Assembly: GCA_004022145.1 (NCBI GenBank) | Contig: RCNU01000011.1 | From: Paecilomyces variotii | Lineage: Eukaryota | Direction: 5' to 3' (one strand) | DNA: 64,000 nucleotides | Part shown: one piece after another, positions 62,229-64,000 of the stretch | How the letters are laid out: every line of letters begins with the position of its first letter | Position numbering within the stretch: the first letter of the stretch is position 1 | Program-made: the position numbers and the translations under genes | The notes under the pieces: generated by a model | Told to the model about the DNA's origin: nothing | Seen by the model: the letters and a program-made list of their open reading frames with translations, nothing else | The model's database searches: none

Positions 62229-62805
62229 TCTATAACTATCTAACTAGTCATGGTGTTATTCCTTTGCTTCCTTTGTATGTTCCAAAAAATATGACTAGAT
62301 ATAGTTATGGACTAGGTAAAGTGTGCCGACACCATGGAATGGTTATTAACTAGTATGCAGTAACTAACTTTCTGTGAGAATCCGCTGAGATATCGAGTAT
62401 CTAGGGATCTTCTGGTGTCTAGCTAATGTCATTATGTGCGGGATTTCTAATGTTTTAGTTTTGCCTCTCTGGGGGAAGTGAGCACCGAGCGTATTGTTCT
62501 TCTTAGCTACAGCCATTCACCCCATAGATAATCTATATTGCAGACTTGAGCTTGCTCTCTACTAGTTACTCGTACCCTTGGGCTGTTCTTGATCGTCTCT
62601 ATCTTCAATCGACTGGTGCTCGTCTAGCCATCATTTGCCTGCTCATCTATCGACTTAGTGGACTATTTAGTGAACCCTATTACCTATTTCCAGATGTCGA
62701 GTTTCTACAAAATATCAAGCGTAAGACCACAAGCCGTCGCTCCACACGTACAGAAATCGACTATAGATATATTGAAATGCTGCATATAGTCCCTTCCTTC
62801 TGATC

Positions 62806-64000
62806 TCAACTGTTGTCATTGTGATTCATGTCAAATGGCCAGATTGACCTCAGAGTCTTTTCATCTCTTACCGGCTCATCATCATCTGAATCTGAGTTCT
62901 CCAAAACAGCCTGCAACATCCCATTGAAAAGTTCCTTCTGGGCTGCCTGTGCAGCTTCCCAGCCATCCGGAGGTACCCATCCGTCCGACGCGACATTTAG
63001 CAAGCTAGATAAATCAGTTCGTAGATTCTGTGCCGCCACAAAAAGTCTGTACTCCTTCTCATGTTTCTCAAGTTCTTCTCGCGAGGGTAAAGGATAAGGA
63101 CATTGACCTTCAAATCCTAGCTCGTTCCAAAGCCGAGCAGTCTCAATCATCTCGTGGCGTAAGGCTACCGCGCCATCCTTCCATGTTCTGTAACAATAAA
63201 GGAATGGTCGAAAAAGGTTATCATTCATTAACCTTGGATTTGCGAGTTTTGCTGTATAAAACTGTGAACAAAGATTAAAAGCTTCGGTGCATATCTCACT
63301 TCCCGTTGCAAAGTCAGGAATCTCGTCTGAGTACCAAAACGCCGGCTCGATGCTGGCTGCTTGCCAATCAATAATGCCAGTGATAGTAGAAGGATTGTCT
63401 TCCGAAACAAATATATTCCTCATATGCAGGTCCGGGTGGAACAATAATGGTGTGGCGGAATTACTGATTTGAATATTTGCGGCCATCTGCTTTAGCACGG
63501 GACGGGTATGCTCTAGAAGAGCCAAATGCGTTTCAGGCGAGCCATGATAGATTGGTCTCTCGGGTTCGGTATCTACTGGAGGGACTCGTGAGAGACCAGC
63601 GTCAATGAGGCCATCACAGTATTCGTCAATAGTGAGCCCTAACAGATTTCTGGTGGTAAGCACAATTGCCTAGTAGCAGGGGCGTTGACGCAACGTACAT
63701 GGGCCAGTGTTCATATTCGCGTGATGATAATATCTCCTTTCGCCAACATTAGTACCCCAGTATCTAGTACCGCAGTGAGGCCCAATACAAAAGCCATCAT
63801 CTAAGGGCACTTTGCGAGCAGATCCAAGAGTATCCTCGAAGTACATGCTCCCAAAAGCGGGGAATTCCAAATCGGCGATTTCTTTGATCGTCCGGTAGAT
63901 TGCATGTATGCACCTGACTTTCTGGTCGCCGGCCATTTCATGCCATTTCTCATGTAGTGGAACGCCAGTTGCATGTTCCATGATGATGTACTCGCTACCG
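62806..64000 (-). CDS. APH-family phosphotransferase (Aim9-like); 5' end outside window
   Basis: SEYIIMEHATGVPL, FPAFGSMYF, GP|W across intron 63698-63639, LFHPDLHMRNIFV, GIIDWQ, DGWVP. Confidence 0.88.

Overview
Gene-dense, intron-containing DNA from a filamentous ascomycete, probably Eurotiales (Aspergillus/Penicillium-like; inferred from gene content, splice signals and 5S sequence). The core (3.1-56.5 kb) is a run of housekeeping genes, many in divergent pairs: CRD1, ADI1, MMM1, SARAF-like, BDP1, BRE1, ureF, COQ8, MNN2-like, SNF1 beta subunit, KAE1, RKM4-like, EPL1, calcineurin B, D-amino acid oxidase, MRPS9, EF-1gamma, a NIF phosphatase and RRP36. Both window ends hold accessory kinase/phosphotransferase-like genes and decayed gene fragments. 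Non-coding highlights: (1) two dispersed 5S rRNA genes differing by one compensatory base pair, one inside the last intron of cardiolipin synthase, an intron almost entirely stop-free in frame with the last exon; (2) an snR38-type C/D snoRNA in the EF-1gamma intron with a possible second guide against 18S rRNA; (3) a 379-bp TA-flanked Tc1/mariner-pogo-type MITE; (4) two ~6-kb ORF-poor intergenic tracts with recurring motifs. I found no clearly new multi-gene system. Exon boundaries were read by eye and no database searches were run.
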